Assembly (NCBI GenBank): GCA_965603825.1 | Contig: CBFDEM010000043.1 | Location: forward strand, 62,001 to 126,000 | Length of the DNA: 64,000 bases | Direction of reading: 5' to 3' | From: Blepharisma stoltei ATCC 30299 | Taxonomy: Eukaryota; Protista; Ciliophora | Part shown: positions 10,815 to 23,411 of the stretch, one piece after another | Numbering within the stretch: the first letter of the stretch is position 1 | How the letters are laid out: every line of letters begins with the position of its first letter | Program-made: the position numbers and the translations under genes | The notes under the pieces: generated by a model | Database searches by the model: none | What the model was told of the DNA's origin: nothing | What the model saw: only the letters and a program-made list of their open reading frames with translations

Positions 10815-12275
10815 TTATGTTTTAGATAGGACAAAATCTCTGAATTCCTGCAAGTCAATTTCCCCGTCTCGGTTTTGGTCGATCTGGTGGATAATTTCGT
10901 GCCATATCTCGTCATTACTCTGATGACCACCTTCTAACACTTTTCTTAGCTCGTCTGCACAGATTGTACCGTTTCCATCTTTATCGAACATAGCGAAGGC
11001 TCCTTTTAAGTTGTCTCGGGACATTACTTTTCGCTGGTCTAGTGTCGCTTTTAGAAATTCTGTATAATTGATATAGTCATTATTCCCGCCGCTGATTACA
11101 TTTAAAATTTTTGCAATATCATCTTCATTGAATGCTTCTCCCATTGTGCTGTTAAAGGCTTCAAGCAACTCGCTTTTACACAGTTTTCCATCACCATTTT
11201 TATCTAAACTTCTAAACACTTCTCTTAGCACCCTTGTATCCTTTAAAGTCATTAACTGGCTAGTTATATAAGTTTGAACTGCATCTTTAAGCTTATTATT
11301 TGTGTGGTAACTTGCCAAGTTTTCGAGGACTTCAGTCACGATTTCTTGGCCTGGGAGGGAAGGGTAAGCACGATTTGCGACTCAGGAATGAGAAATGGCT
11401 TCTTTGGCTGCCAATCGACCTGAGGGAGGGCATAGCAATTTTGAGACGAAATCTTTGGATTCAGTTGAGAGATGTGTCCAAGGCTCTTGGTTGTACCCGA
11501 AATCCATATTTTCAAGGGAAGATACTGATTTCATGTTGTGTGGAGCATGACCACAGAGTAAAATATAAGCAATTATCCCGCAGCTTCACATGTCGCAGGC
11601 TTCATTGTATTCTCCTGTTAAAGCTTCTGGGTCTGTGTAAATTAAGCTATCTTGATCGATAATCATTTTGTAATTTTTTCGGGAAAGGACTGAAGCTCCA
11701 AAATCGATGAGTTTTATATTAAAAATTTCGTTTTTCTCTTCTAAAAGAATATTCTCTGGCCTAATATCTCTATGAAATATCATATTAGTGTGAAGATAAG
11801 AAACTGCTGACAAAAGCTGATACATTATGCGTGCTGCATGAATTTCAGTAAACATCTGACGTTTAGCGATTTCTTGGAATAGTTCACCTCCGCTGCAATA
11901 TTCCATAACAATATAAATATGCCTATCATCATCAAAAAACTCATACATTCTTGCTATATTTGGATGATCTAAACTTTTGAATATATCAATTTCATTTTCA
12001 TAGTCAAATGACTCGTCTTGATACATAAGGAAATCTTTTCTCAGTATTTTAACTGCTCTTTTAGCAGAAGTATCTCGATGGTAACAAATTCTGACCTCTC
12101 CATTGTTCATTAATTTTAGCCTTTTACCTAAGCGATAGACTTCTTGAAATTTTTGCTTGTTTTCACTGACAAAAATTCCTGGGTCGACTTTGATTTCGTT
12201 GACTGCGTTTATTCGTTGCCGGTCTTCCACAAATGTGGACCCTAGCTTGGGTCTTTGAACTGCTGTACATCCCAT
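10815..12275 (-). CDS. Calcium-dependent protein kinase (CDPK)-like, divergent kinase domain plus 4 EF hands
   Basis: MGC N-acylation start, kinase domain, TGA at 11586 (DM-W-SCG, subdomain IX) and 11382 (HS-W), junction region and EF hands (DKNGDGKL, DKDGNGTI, DQNRDGEID). Confidence 0.9.
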
Positions 12276-12696
12276 AATTTTTTAATTCAATAAAATGTTT
12301 TTTATACGGAATTTATTATGTTGGCTTTACATATAAGCAAATCAAGAGGTTGCTAATTTAAATTTAATACAAAATTTTAGGATAATGATAAAAAGATGAT
12401 TAAAAATAAAACAAAAAAGTTTACAGATTATATTGAGTTTTTTAAATACTTATAATTTATGTTTAATTAATAGAAAATACAATTATATTATGCTTAAAAA
12501 ATTAATTAAAACTCAAATTGGTATTTAAATATAAACTTTAAGGCAATATTTTTTTATTAACAAAATATTTTTGTTAAATTAATTATCAAAATGCCAGCGA
12601 ATAAGAATTAGCCTTATTTATGTAAACAATTTCCATAAGGTTAAAAATTCACATCGTTCTTAATGTTTCCATATTTCCTTAGAATAAAAAGAGTGG

Positions 12697-13344
12697 ATGT
12701 CAAAGCTTAACCAGGACCAGCTCAAGAAAGCAATCCATGAAATCAATGTCGACAAGAAGCAGCGCAAGTTCACAGAGACCATTGATTTACAGATTGGGCT
12801 TAAAGACTACGACCCTCAAAAGGATAAACGTTTTGCAGGCTCCATCAGACTCCCTCATATCCCAAGACCAAAGCTCCAAGCCATTGTCCTCGGTGACCAA
12901 GTCCACTGCGATCAAGCACAAGAACTTGGCCTCCCTTGGATTGACGCTGAAGGGCTTAAAAAGTTCAACAAGCAGCGCAAGCCAATGAAAAAGTTCTTCA
13001 AGCCATACGACATCCTCTTAGCCTCAGAATCCATCATCAAACAGATTCCAAAACTCGTCGGGCCAAATCTTACTAAAATCAACAAATTCCCTATCGCTGT
13101 CAGCCCAGCTGATAACTTGCAAGAGAAGATTAATGAAGCCAAAGGAACCATCAAATTCCAACTTAAGAAGGTCTTGTGTTTGGGTGTTGCCGTCGCTCAC
13201 GTTGGGTTATCTGAAGAAGAACAAAGACAGAACATTACATTGTCAATCAACTTTTTGGCAAGTCTTTTGAAGAAGAACTGGAATAACATCAGGACTCTTA
13301 ACATCAAGACGACCATGGGCAAGCCTCAAAGAATTTATGGTTAA
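12697..13344 (+). CDS. RPL10A: 60S ribosomal protein L10a (uL1)
   Basis: RKFTETIDLQIGLKDYDPQKDKRFAG..KFQLKKVLCL..NFLASLLKKNWNN; higher GC and biased codon usage. Confidence 0.97.
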   Translation: MSKLNQDQLKKAIHEINVDKKQRKFTETIDLQIGLKDYDPQKDKRFAGSIRLPHIPRPKLQAIVLGDQVHCDQAQELGLPWIDAEGLKKFNKQRKPMKKFFKPYDILLASESIIKQIPKLVGPNLTKINKFPIAVSPADNLQEKINEAKGTIKFQLKKVLCLGVAVAHVGLSEEEQRQNITLSINFLASLLKKNWNNIRTLNIKTTMGKPQRIYG

Positions 13345-13473
13345 GCTAAGCGCAGCAGCGCCCTTAATTTATACCAATCTTGTATTGGAAGCTGTTTGTG
13401 CTTGCCTAGATAGAATAATTAGGCTTTTGAGCCAATAGTCTTCTTTTCTTAGTTATAAGTCAGATGAGAGATT

Positions 13474-14268
13474 TTAATATTTATTATCTTTTATATGACT
13501 TTTTAATGTTTCAAAGCTTCCGAAAAACATCATTCCTCCAGCCATGGTTAGGACCGTTCTATATTTCCAGCCTAGTCAGAGTCCAGGTAATCCGCCTTCC
13601 TTGTAAATTTTTTTGAGTGTCTGCGTCAATGCGAGATATTCACCTTTACCTCCATCTGTCACTAATTTAGTCTTAGCGAGATCTATAGGAGTTGTTAAAA
13701 AGGCTGCAATACCTCCTGCTATGGCACCATTACGTAAGTGCTGAAATATGGTTGGATCTTTTCCGCCATAATCTTTGCCATTAAGCCATTCATATACAAT
13801 CATTTGGATAATGTTAAAAGGGATATCACGATATATTGCAGTAGCAGTGCCAATTCATAAGCCTTTAAAACCTTGACGTTGGAGTACTCTGCTCAATGCT
13901 GAAGATGTTTTAGTATGAATTCCTACCTGCATTTGCTGTTTCACGACATCAAACGGATTTCTCACAATCCCTGAGCACGCACTGGCGACCATCGCAGAAA
14001 TAGTATGAGAAAGCTGCAAAGAGACATACTGGTTTAAATAGTTCTTAAGCATTGAGTAGCTTGTCCAAAATGCTGCTGCACAAGGAAAAGTGGCTGCTAA
14101 CGAGTAAGGAAGCCCTTTGTAGGCATTGGAAAACTTGAACTTCAAGTTAGAGTTGGCTTGAAGTCTTATTTTTATTGAGTCAAAGGGGAATATGATAGTC
14201 TCCACTGCAGCTCCTGCAGTTCCTCCAGCGACCAGTGAGACATAAAGCGTTGATAACAAATCTGTCAT
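13474..14268 (-). CDS. Mitochondrial carrier (SLC25), S-adenosylmethionine carrier-like
   Basis: Three Px[D/E]xx[K/R] repeats (PFDSIKIRLQ, PFDVVKQQMQ, PIDLAKTKL). TGA at 13855 and 13576 both fall in the GL-W-xG motif; TAA at 13474. Confidence 0.9.
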
Positions 14269-14739
14269 ATTCTTTAATTTATTTTAATCAGTACTCTTTT
14301 CAATGAAATAAAAAATGGATTCTGATAAATCCATTCATATTAAACACAATTTAAATCAGTTAATAAAGAGGATTTTCTTGTTTAGAACAGCCAAATTTAA
14401 GTTTAAATAGAAGTTAAGAGTTAAAGGAGGCTCTGCTGCTTGTAGGTGTAGGGGAAAAATATTGGGTCTAAAGTACTGAATGAGCTTATAAGTGTTATGG
14501 GAAAGCTTATGGGATTGAGATTACTCAGTAACGAAATTGATCAGTAATTCAAATAATTTTTATCCTTTAAGGCCGAACAAGATTTTTGCTTAAGTTAATT
14601 TTTTATTGGTTTTGTATTAATATCATTTCAATAGGGATTTCTTAGCAGACATTAATTTGTAAAACAATTTTATCCAGCTATTTTAATTTTAACATTTTCA
14701 AATTTTAAAATAAGAGAAAACTTATTAATCATATTATGC

Positions 14740-15495
14740 TTAAAACAATTCTCTCTTACTGATAAACTTCAAAGTCACCATTTCTGATAGAACTCTAGAA
14801 AATTCAAATCTTTGCTGCTTACAATATTTGATAACATTTAACCCTTTGATTTCTCTATCTTTGTCGATGGTTTGCCAAAGATAAAAACTTGAAATGGAGC
14901 CTCCACAATGCCAAAGTCCATGATAGATTCTTAAGTAATCTTGGTTTTCATCAAGCGCTTTAATAAAACAAATAACTGCTAAGACCAATATTAAGCCTCC
15001 TTTCACCATATACCCTTTATTGAACCTAGCCCTGCGATAAAGCAGATTTTTGACTCCACAAATGAAAACAAATGTAAGAATAGGGGTAAATGTGTTTTGT
15101 AAGTACCATGGATGGTGAGCTTGCATTAGCATGGTTAAAAATAGCCCAGAGAAGCTTAAAAACAAGTCCAGATCGCAATAAGGGCGGGATGTATAAGTAG
15201 TCTTATCTTTTTGCTGTAAATTGTCCATCCAGTAGATCATAAGAGTTATAAAGCACATGATGGAGCCAATGTTATCGAGCTTATGCCATTCCTGAGATTT
15301 TATATAAAATGAAGACCACAATACACTATCTAATGAGTGATAAACAAAAGACGTAAAGCAAGTGAATAGCCCTATGCAGAAGGGAAAGTAAAGCTTCTTT
15401 TTATAGCAGACATATATTGCTGGGAGGCCAAAAAAATTTGTAATTCCAGTAATGATCAACATTGCAAACTTTTCTCCATCAGATCGATAAGCCAT
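14740..15495 (-). CDS. TMEM8/Myomaker/PGAP6-like 7-TM CREST-superfamily protein
   Basis: Multi-pass membrane protein with SxxxH (TSFVYH), a conserved Asp (KLDNIGS) and HxxxH (DYLRIYHGLWH). Confidence 0.75.
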   Translation of the reverse strand: MAYRSDGEKFAMLIITGITNFFGLPAIYVCYKKKLYFPFCIGLFTCFTSFVYHSLDSVLWSSFYIKSQEWHKLDNIGSIMCFITLMIYWMDNLQQKDKTTYTSRPYCDLDLFLSFSGLFLTMLMQAHHPWYLQNTFTPILTFVFICGVKNLLYRRARFNKGYMVKGGLILVLAVICFIKALDENQDYLRIYHGLWHCGGSISSFYLWQTIDKDREIKGLNVIKYCKQQRFEFSRVLSEMVTLKFISKRELF

Positions 15496-16095
15496 GATTA
15501 TTGAATTTCAATTTATATGACTCAAAAATTTAGGATTTTAATGGTTAAATAGATTTAAACGATTTATAACTAAATAAGATGGAAAGCATCTAGAAAAATT
15601 ATAGGGCATTTCTCTTTTTGACTGAAATTAAAAAAATAATAGAAAGTTCTATTATAAATTGCCTTAAGTAATTCTAATTTGATGAATTTAGCACATTTTT
15701 AGCGATTATATAGAATATAATCTGGTAATTAACTTATCTTTATGACCTTCTCATTTTGTCACCTAACTAAGATTAAGCAGGGGATGAATATTTTTGGGAT
15801 TTTTTGTTTTTGATAATACTGAATTAATTGGACTGCAGGGTAAATCTGGGGGTTTAGCTGTGAAATAGCCTTTTATTAATTGCTAAGTAAAAATATTTTG
15901 CTATCAAAATCACATAATGTTCTAGATTTTTGAATTGCATCTCAAAAGCTAGAATAATATAGCTGCAGCGTATTTCTATTATAAAATTTAAACACTTCAT
16001 AAGATTTTTCTCAAAAAGTAACCCTAAAATAATTTTTGTAGCCTTTTTCAGCGAAATTCTTTAATCTCAATTATTCTCCCCATTAAATTAACTTT

Positions 16096-16986
16096 TTATA
16101 ATATTAAATTATCGCTTAACTTTCTTCCTTTATGTTCATGTGTAGGCAAAGGAGCTCTACACTCTGCATTGATCGAGTTATAAATTGATAGCGTTGCAGA
16201 AATAACTCCTAAAACAGCTGAAAATCTATGACTGATACAAGACGATCCAGGAAGATTAAGTGATTGGCAAGACATAAGCCCTCTCATTATATTTATTGAT
16301 AAATCAATAATCATAAATCTAAATTCGGTTCTATAAGCCAGAAGGGAAAACAATAGATTTTTTAATTTGCCTTCGTTTTTAAAAACTCTACAGGAATTTC
16401 CAAGGAAAATACTTCTAATACCTAGCTGGATTGCTCTGTTCTTTTTGACCATAATATATGCAATTATGATCTGAATAATACACCTTAAAAGAGATGAAAA
16501 ATCTTTTAATTTCCTTATGACTCTTCTGAAATCATCCAAAGGAAACAGCTTGTTATCTAGGCACCAAATAAGATTATCCAGGAAATAATAAACCATACTT
16601 ACAAAATGATACGAAATTTCGGAAATTTTTAGGATTGAAAATTTTGAATTATCGGAAATGTGTTTCTCTATAGCAGCGATTTCATCAAAAAACATAAAAG
16701 ATTTCATTAGCTTCCTCCCATTTTTCATAGTCTTTTCAAATGAGTTTATATACAAAGTTTTTTTTTCTTTTAAGGAAATATCAAATTCTGATTCCAAGAA
16801 ACCATGCTTGTAAAGGGAACTTGAGAATTGAAACAGTGCAAAAATTTTTTCTTTCCCTTTTGCTGTTTTGATCAAAGCGCAAAAAGTTTTGATGATGCTC
16901 ATAATTTTCGATCCTATTGGGGTACAAGTAGAAGTCTGAACTCCACTACGAACTTTGGAGTTTTGAACCTTATCGGCTTCGACCAT
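16096..16986 (-). CDS. PEX11: Peroxisomal membrane protein PEX11 family
   Basis: TAKGKEKIFALFQF..MKNGRKLMK..YYFLDNLIW..LGVISATLSIY pattern. Confidence 0.75.
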   Translation of the reverse strand: MVEADKVQNSKVRSGVQTSTCTPIGSKIMSIIKTFCALIKTAKGKEKIFALFQFSSSLYKHGFLESEFDISLKEKKTLYINSFEKTMKNGRKLMKSFMFFDEIAAIEKHISDNSKFSILKISEISYHFVSMVYYFLDNLIWCLDNKLFPLDDFRRVIRKLKDFSSLLRCIIQIIIAYIMVKKNRAIQLGIRSIFLGNSCRVFKNEGKLKNLLFSLLAYRTEFRFMIIDLSINIMRGLMSCQSLNLPGSSCISHRFSAVLGVISATLSIYNSINAECRAPLPTHEHKGRKLSDNLIL

Positions 16987-18399
16987 TTATTTTATAAGCT
17001 GGACATAAAAATGAGTTCCAAATGGACATTGAGGTTAAAATGTGGAAAACGCATAGCCATGTATAGCCTAGATCTGGCATTATGCTAAGTTAATTGAGGA
17101 TAATCATCAAAATTAGTAGTTTTAAACAAAACAATTAAGAGCTCGAATTTTTGTGGCTACTAAAATGGTCTAAATTAGCTTGAATTATAGATGAGGTTTA
17201 TATAATTTCTATACAAAAGGTATTCAGAAAATTTCTTTAAATATAAGTAAAACGGTAAATTAATTAAGAAATTTATCAAATTTTAATAAATTTACTTTAG
17301 AATATTCGGAAGTCTAAATGCTTGAAATTTTTTTCTTAATTATTAGATTTATTTGACGTAAAGCTAAAGAGATGAGCTGACTAAATCATAGCAATTAATG
17401 AACTTCTTGGAAATCAAGAGGAACTGCTCTTGAGCCTAAGAAAACAACTTTAGAGTCAAAAATTAAACTTCCCGATATCGCAGAGCTGTTTAATAGCTAT
17501 CTATTTTGTATTTTTCTCTTGTATTAGCTTTAACTATGGTGAATCATAAGGTATTTCCAAACTGCAATTCTTCGCCACTTGCCATATTAGCATTTTGCCA
17601 AATTTAGTTCAAAGAAAATTAAATTAAAAGTGTGAATAATAAGAAAGTACTCAATAATTTTCTGCCTTGAAATATGATTTTTAAGCTGATTTATCATCCA
17701 AAATATTTAATTTACTACCAAAATCAGAATAAATAAATTTTAATTTTAAGAAGATCTTTATGATTGAATATACTCTGGGCTTTTACCCGACATCCCATGA
17801 AGGTTAGGATGGAGATAAAAGTGCCTGAGAAAAGTATAATTTAAAATTGTCTGGTTTATGATGGTTGATGGAATGCATCATAAATATTTTTATGGAGCCT
17901 TGAAGCTTATGTTGATGTTATCGTTGAATTTATAAGTGTTTTGAAGTTTTATTCAAGAAAAGAAGAAAAGAAATGACGAATTTCTAAGAGCCTTAAGGAT
18001 TATGCATAATTTTATTATTAAATTAAAATAACTGTCATTTAATATTTTTCTTAGCCTTAAGGAGCTAAGAATTGTATTTTAGTATTGCTTTAAATTAAAG
18101 GTTATACTATTTCACTCTTATAAGCAAATGAAATCTTATCTACTCATAGCTATATCAAAAGTTCATTTTTCTAAAATGATAATAGCTTATTTTAAGAACT
18201 TCAAAAAGAAAATGCTGAATTTTATTTACGTTTAATTCCAGAAACCCCTGATTAAGGCAATTGCATTTTTTGCATTATTTTGTAAATAATCCCAAAATCA
18301 TATGATGGGATAATTTATTGCTTTTAATTATTTTTTTATATCATGTGTTGGAGACATTATACTGAGAAAGATTACAATGGTTAATTAATAATTAAAATT

Positions 18400-21300
18400 A
18401 TGAGTTTTCTGCTTTCTCAACCTTTAGGTTCTTCAGATGAAACTCATATCAACTATAAAAATATCAAAAATACCCAAAATCCATTTAAAAGTGCATTTTT
18501 TGAAGTATTCATCTATTCCTACAGCACAGGTCGTAAAGGAAAAAAGATTTCTTTTACTAAGCAGATTGTTTTTGTAGTTATGAACATTATATTTTGTTTG
18601 CAGACAATCAGTTTTTTATGAAGTCCAGAACTATCAATAAAGCATTGAAATAAGACTTATTGGATTTGAGAGAATTTAGGCTACACTAGATTTGATAATT
18701 TTTGTGCTACTGTAGATATATCTATAACTTGCTTAGGATTTTCAGGTATTTTTCTGCTTTTCTGCATAGCTGAAGTATTGGCTCTTACAATACTTTTTTA
18801 TCTTAAAATAGCAATTCCTCAAAGATTCGCATTTATTCCCAGATTTACCCTATCAATTTTATGCAGTATATTTCAAATACCAATTGTAGCATTATTTATG
18901 ATTACATTGAAATATAACTTGTTTACCTATCAAAATATAAAAGAGTATCATGATAACAACAGCACTGACAAGCTAAAAATCAGTTCGAGCTTCATAATAC
19001 CTATTATATTACTTCTTGCCGCTAATTTTATTATTGCTATATGTAAAATAATGTTTTCAGGCGAAATCAGACATAAATACGCAGAATTTAATATTTCTGC
19101 ACGCTCTCACTCAGAATACCAAAAATTGATTATAATTCAAAATTATTTCCTGATATTTTTATACGTTACCTTACAGAACGACCACTTTATTTATTTTCAA
19201 ATTATTTTTTTGTTAGTCTCTTTTCAATTTTTTCTTATAATTTACCGTAAAGCTCCATACTACTCTAGATTTGCAAAATTTGTGATATCGTGCCAATATT
19301 TATCAAATTGCCTTGTGAGCTCTTTTTTTTTACTCGGATACCTAATTGACGACCCTCATTCTATATATTTAATGTCAATAATCCTAACCCCGCTAGGAAT
19401 ACTATTACTTGGCCATTTTTATATAAATTCAAGAACAAAAAAACAAGATTTAAAATGATTTCTCGCTAAAAATCGAACCCTAAATCCTTTTGATTTTGAA
19501 ATTCATATGAGGAAATTTCTATTAAATCCTACTGACAAGAATATTGACGATATTATCAAAATATTTGCAATTAGTTATTTAAAAACTAAAATTTGGAAAA
19601 ATAAAATTTTCATTATATGAGAAGCAAATTTTTGTTTTTTTACAATGGAAGACCCAAGCTTGGCCAAATTTAAACTCTCTAAAGCCCTTTATGCAGATTC
19701 AAGCATAGAAGGGGATTTTCGTGTCCATCAGTGTTTAATATGGTTTTCAGAAAATGACAAGTTAAATGAAGAAGCAAAATTTTTATATTATTTAAACAAG
19801 CTTGAGCAAGCTAAAAAAGAAGACGAAGTCTTATGCATGAAACTTATGCAGCTTTGGAGTGAAATATCTTCAGCATCTCCAAGGCTAAAAAAATTAAACA
19901 ATCAAATCACAAAAATCTGCAAATCTTTAAGCATTGTCCAGACTTTGTATACCGAGTTGGTGGTAAAGTTTAATAAAAGCGTTGAGCCATATGTCCTTTA
20001 CGGGACATTTTTGCAATCAATAATGCTTGAAAGTGATAAATCCCAACAATTATTAAGTAAACAAGAGTCATTAACCAAGCAGTATTTTCAAAGTCATCTA
20101 AAAGAGATAAATCAATTTAATTTTTACGACGAAAAAAACGGAATTTTATTAGTTTCATGTGAAAAGGAAACACTAGGTGAAATTCGGTATGTAAATGTAT
20201 CAGCTGCACAGACACTTCATACTAAAATAAAAGATCTTGTTGGGAGTAATTTTTCTAGCCTTTTTCCATCACCTTTTGATGTACATATAGTAAGATGCTT
20301 ATATAAACATGCACATTTGTCAACAAATTCTGAGCTTCAATTGCCTGCAACATTGTTTATAAAAAATGCAAGCGGGTTTTTAATTGAAGTTAATATAAAA
20401 ATTCTTCTGGTAGCTATAGACTGCTGACCATTTCTTTTGATGATTTTTAAAGAAAAAATATCTAAAAGCCACTTTGCAGTTATTTCTGAAAAAGGGATAA
20501 TCCACGACTACAGCATGAATTTTGCTGAATTTGTGAACCATAAAGGAATTTATGGCACCAAAATAAACAAAATTCTACCGAATATTGATATAACCAAAAA
20601 TCCACCTTTTACACCTGCATTTACAAAACTGCATGGCGAAAACATCGCTGTTATATGAGGATATAAAGAAATTACAGAATTTAAGATGAATTATTTAGTG
20701 TTAATAAATGATGACGAAGAAATTTTGCAATGAATGAAAAGTTCAGAGTTTTATGGCCGAGAAAATCACAAAAAAAGGTTCAGTTTAAAGCAGGAATTCG
20801 ATGAAGACGCATCCATAGCTAAAGTAAATTTCAATGAAGTGATAGATTACAGCCCATGCCTAAAATATGGAGATGTCAGTATAAGTTATGAATCCAATGA
20901 CACTTTACTCAAATCTGAAGAAGAAGACGAAACTACTACTATCACCCAAGTCCCTGTAAAAAGGGAGCGTGAACGTGAACTATCATTATACGAAAAATCA
21001 TTAACTGGAACTGTACAATCGCAAAGTTCATTAAGCCTCAGCAGAAGTGCTTATGGTGTACAAATTTTGTTTACCTTATCCAAAAAAATTAAAATCTTTA
21101 ATATTTTCCTCATTCTATCAGTAACTTATATACAGATTTTAGCCATAATTATCACTAACAGTGCTGTACTTATTTATTCAGCCCAAGAAGTCGCCAACGC
21201 CAACAATTTTGATGCGCTAATTTATATTTCTAAAATCCAAAATTCCTTTTGTGACCTATCTGCTCATGCTAGAGCTTTATATGCTGCATATTTTCTAGGT

Positions 21301-22701
21301 AGAAACGAAGCTGCAATGGATTTCCAGATAACAAATATTGAAGAAAATATAAATATCCTAACTGATATCCATTCAAATTTATTATCAAATCTAACTGATT
21401 GGAAAACTTGTTCAATTTATGAGATTTTCACTGATAATTTGGTTCCTGTATGGACTGGGGAGAATTTAGACGAGCTCCAAAAAATAAATTTGATTGATAC
21501 AATATCACAGTTTATAAAACATGTATTTTATAATTAGTCAGAATCTATTATATCTGCTTGAAACGACGGCATAGTCCTCGTAAGCTCAATAAGATTCATA
21601 GCTTTAAATGGTATGTCAGGGCCATTTCACTACTGCAAATCCTCGATCTCAAGTCTAGTTTCTTGTGAGAAAAATGATATAGAGTCACTTTCAGACAAAA
21701 TTGATACTTTACTCGCGACTGGGCTTATCATGTTTTGTATCTGCATGCTTATTCTGATACCTTTTTCTTATACAGTTGACACAAAATTAAGTAACTTTTG
21801 AAACCATATAAAAGTGGCTACACATGAGTCTTATTCTGAGCTTAAACATGCCTGTATTAATAGGCTATCTAATATACATGGAGCACTTGAAATTATCCCT
21901 CATGAACATACCAGTAAATTGAGAGCTGGGCCAAGGGATTTTAGAAATTTGTGGAGATATATATGAAGAATAGCGATATTATTTGTGCTTGCGTTGGGGT
22001 TTTATCTTATTATTAGGTTCGCGATATATGAAAAATGCAGCGATTATTTAACGGCTAGGCCTGAGTTTCTTATGATTTTTGCGAATAGGAAAATTTATAT
22101 CACAATTATGTTTTTTTGGCAAGGAGAAGCTTGGCTGAAAAATTCATCATCACAAGACTCACTCGATCTTTTTCTGAATAACCATTATGAGTTTAATCAA
22201 CAATTTATAGAATATCTTAAAGTCTATAAATTAGTAGAAATATCCAGTAAAAAATTGCGTGACAAAAAATTTTCTGATTTTTTTTCTGGCGAATTCACAA
22301 AAAAATTATTTGAAAGCCATGATTCAACAGATCCATATAATAATTACGGAATTTATTCTGCATATTGGATAGCTTTATTTGATGGGTTTTACTTCATCGG
22401 GCAAGATAAATCTTCATTAGTAACTTTAAAAATGATGATGGATGAGCATATAAATCTAGAATTAGGATGGGAAGATACAGTTGACTATGCTAATACTAAA
22501 TCCAAAGAAATGATATCAGATAAACTGATCGAAATGATCATAACGACGTGTTTATATTTTTTTGTGTCTATTTCACTATATGCTATGTTTTATGTCCCCT
22601 ATCTAAAATCTGAGCAAGAGAAAATTAAAAAAATGCGCATGATAGCAAGTTTAATCCCTCTTCAGTCATCTATGGGTAGAAGGTCGTCGATTACTATTTA
22701 G
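18400..22701 (+). CDS. ~1420-aa multi-pass membrane protein with PAS domain (TmcB/TmcC-like)
   Basis: Seven track ORFs lie in one frame joined by 11 TGA codons and 15-nt introns 21121-21135 (gtaacttatatacag) and 21523-21537 (gtattttataattag). N-terminal TM bundle, PAS (GEIRYVNVSAAQTL..LVGSNFSSLFPSPF) and C-terminal TM helices. Confidence 0.8.
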
Positions 22702-22922
22702 TTATATTGTGAATATTATATATTTATACAAAACTAATTTTAACTATCAAAATTATTATTCCTTTAAATTAATGCCATTTATAAAGAATATCAGAAATCT
22801 TTAATTTAAATTTTTTAAAAACTGCTATAAATTGCTTCAAAAGTGATTTTATTGAAAACCTTATAAAAAATAAAATTTTCCGATATCTTAAATTGGCGGA
22901 AATTCCATATTTAAATTAAATC

Positions 22923-23411
22923 ATGTTAGACAATCGAGGACTTTGTAGTGACCTTCTACATCATTCTCTGCTAACCCCAACACATTCCAAATCCTATAGA
23001 AAAAAAAGCTCCCGGAAGCGGAAAAGAAAAACAAATGACCAAATTTTGCTTCTGCAAAGAGAATTCGAGAACAACCCAGAATGGAATAAAGACTCATTAG
23101 CCCGCCTCACAAAACTGACAGGCCTCACTGAAGCTCAAGTGTATAAATGGGGCTGGGACCAGAAGAAAAAGATTGAGTTTTCTTCATATTCAAAGCTTCC
23201 ATCCACACTTAGTTTATCTCAGTTATTCGAGAACGAGTGCACGCAGGTTTTATATAAACCTCAAGAAAATAATATAAGCGAGCTGTTTGTTGATAATAAC
23301 ATGAAGTGTAAAGAAGTCATGCCGCCGCTTGCTGTTGATATGGATTTGCTACTGATTCAAAAATCGTATCGAAGGTCAATGGAAGCCTTTGGGCTTCATA
23401 GAAACATCTAG
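22923..23411 (+). CDS. Homeodomain protein
   Basis: RKRKTNDQILLLQREFENNPEWNK..LTGLTEAQVYKWGWDQKKK. Confidence 0.85.
   Translation: MLDNRGLCSDLLHHSLLTPTHSKSYRKKSSRKRKRKTNDQILLLQREFENNPEWNKDSLARLTKLTGLTEAQVYKWGWDQKKKIEFSSYSKLPSTLSLSQLFENECTQVLYKPQENNISELFVDNNMKCKEVMPPLAVDMDLLLIQKSYRRSMEAFGLHRNI

Noticed and set aside
14290-14720. Small gene between the carrier and TMEM8-like genes
   Set aside because: Only a short coding-like stretch (GKNIGSKVLNEL...) with no start or consistent frame; at most a relic.
16990-18399. Hidden gene, ncRNA or TIR element in the 1.4-kb intergenic region
   Set aside because: The parts I translated hit TAA/TAG quickly, and I found no convincing inverted repeat or RNA motif by eye.
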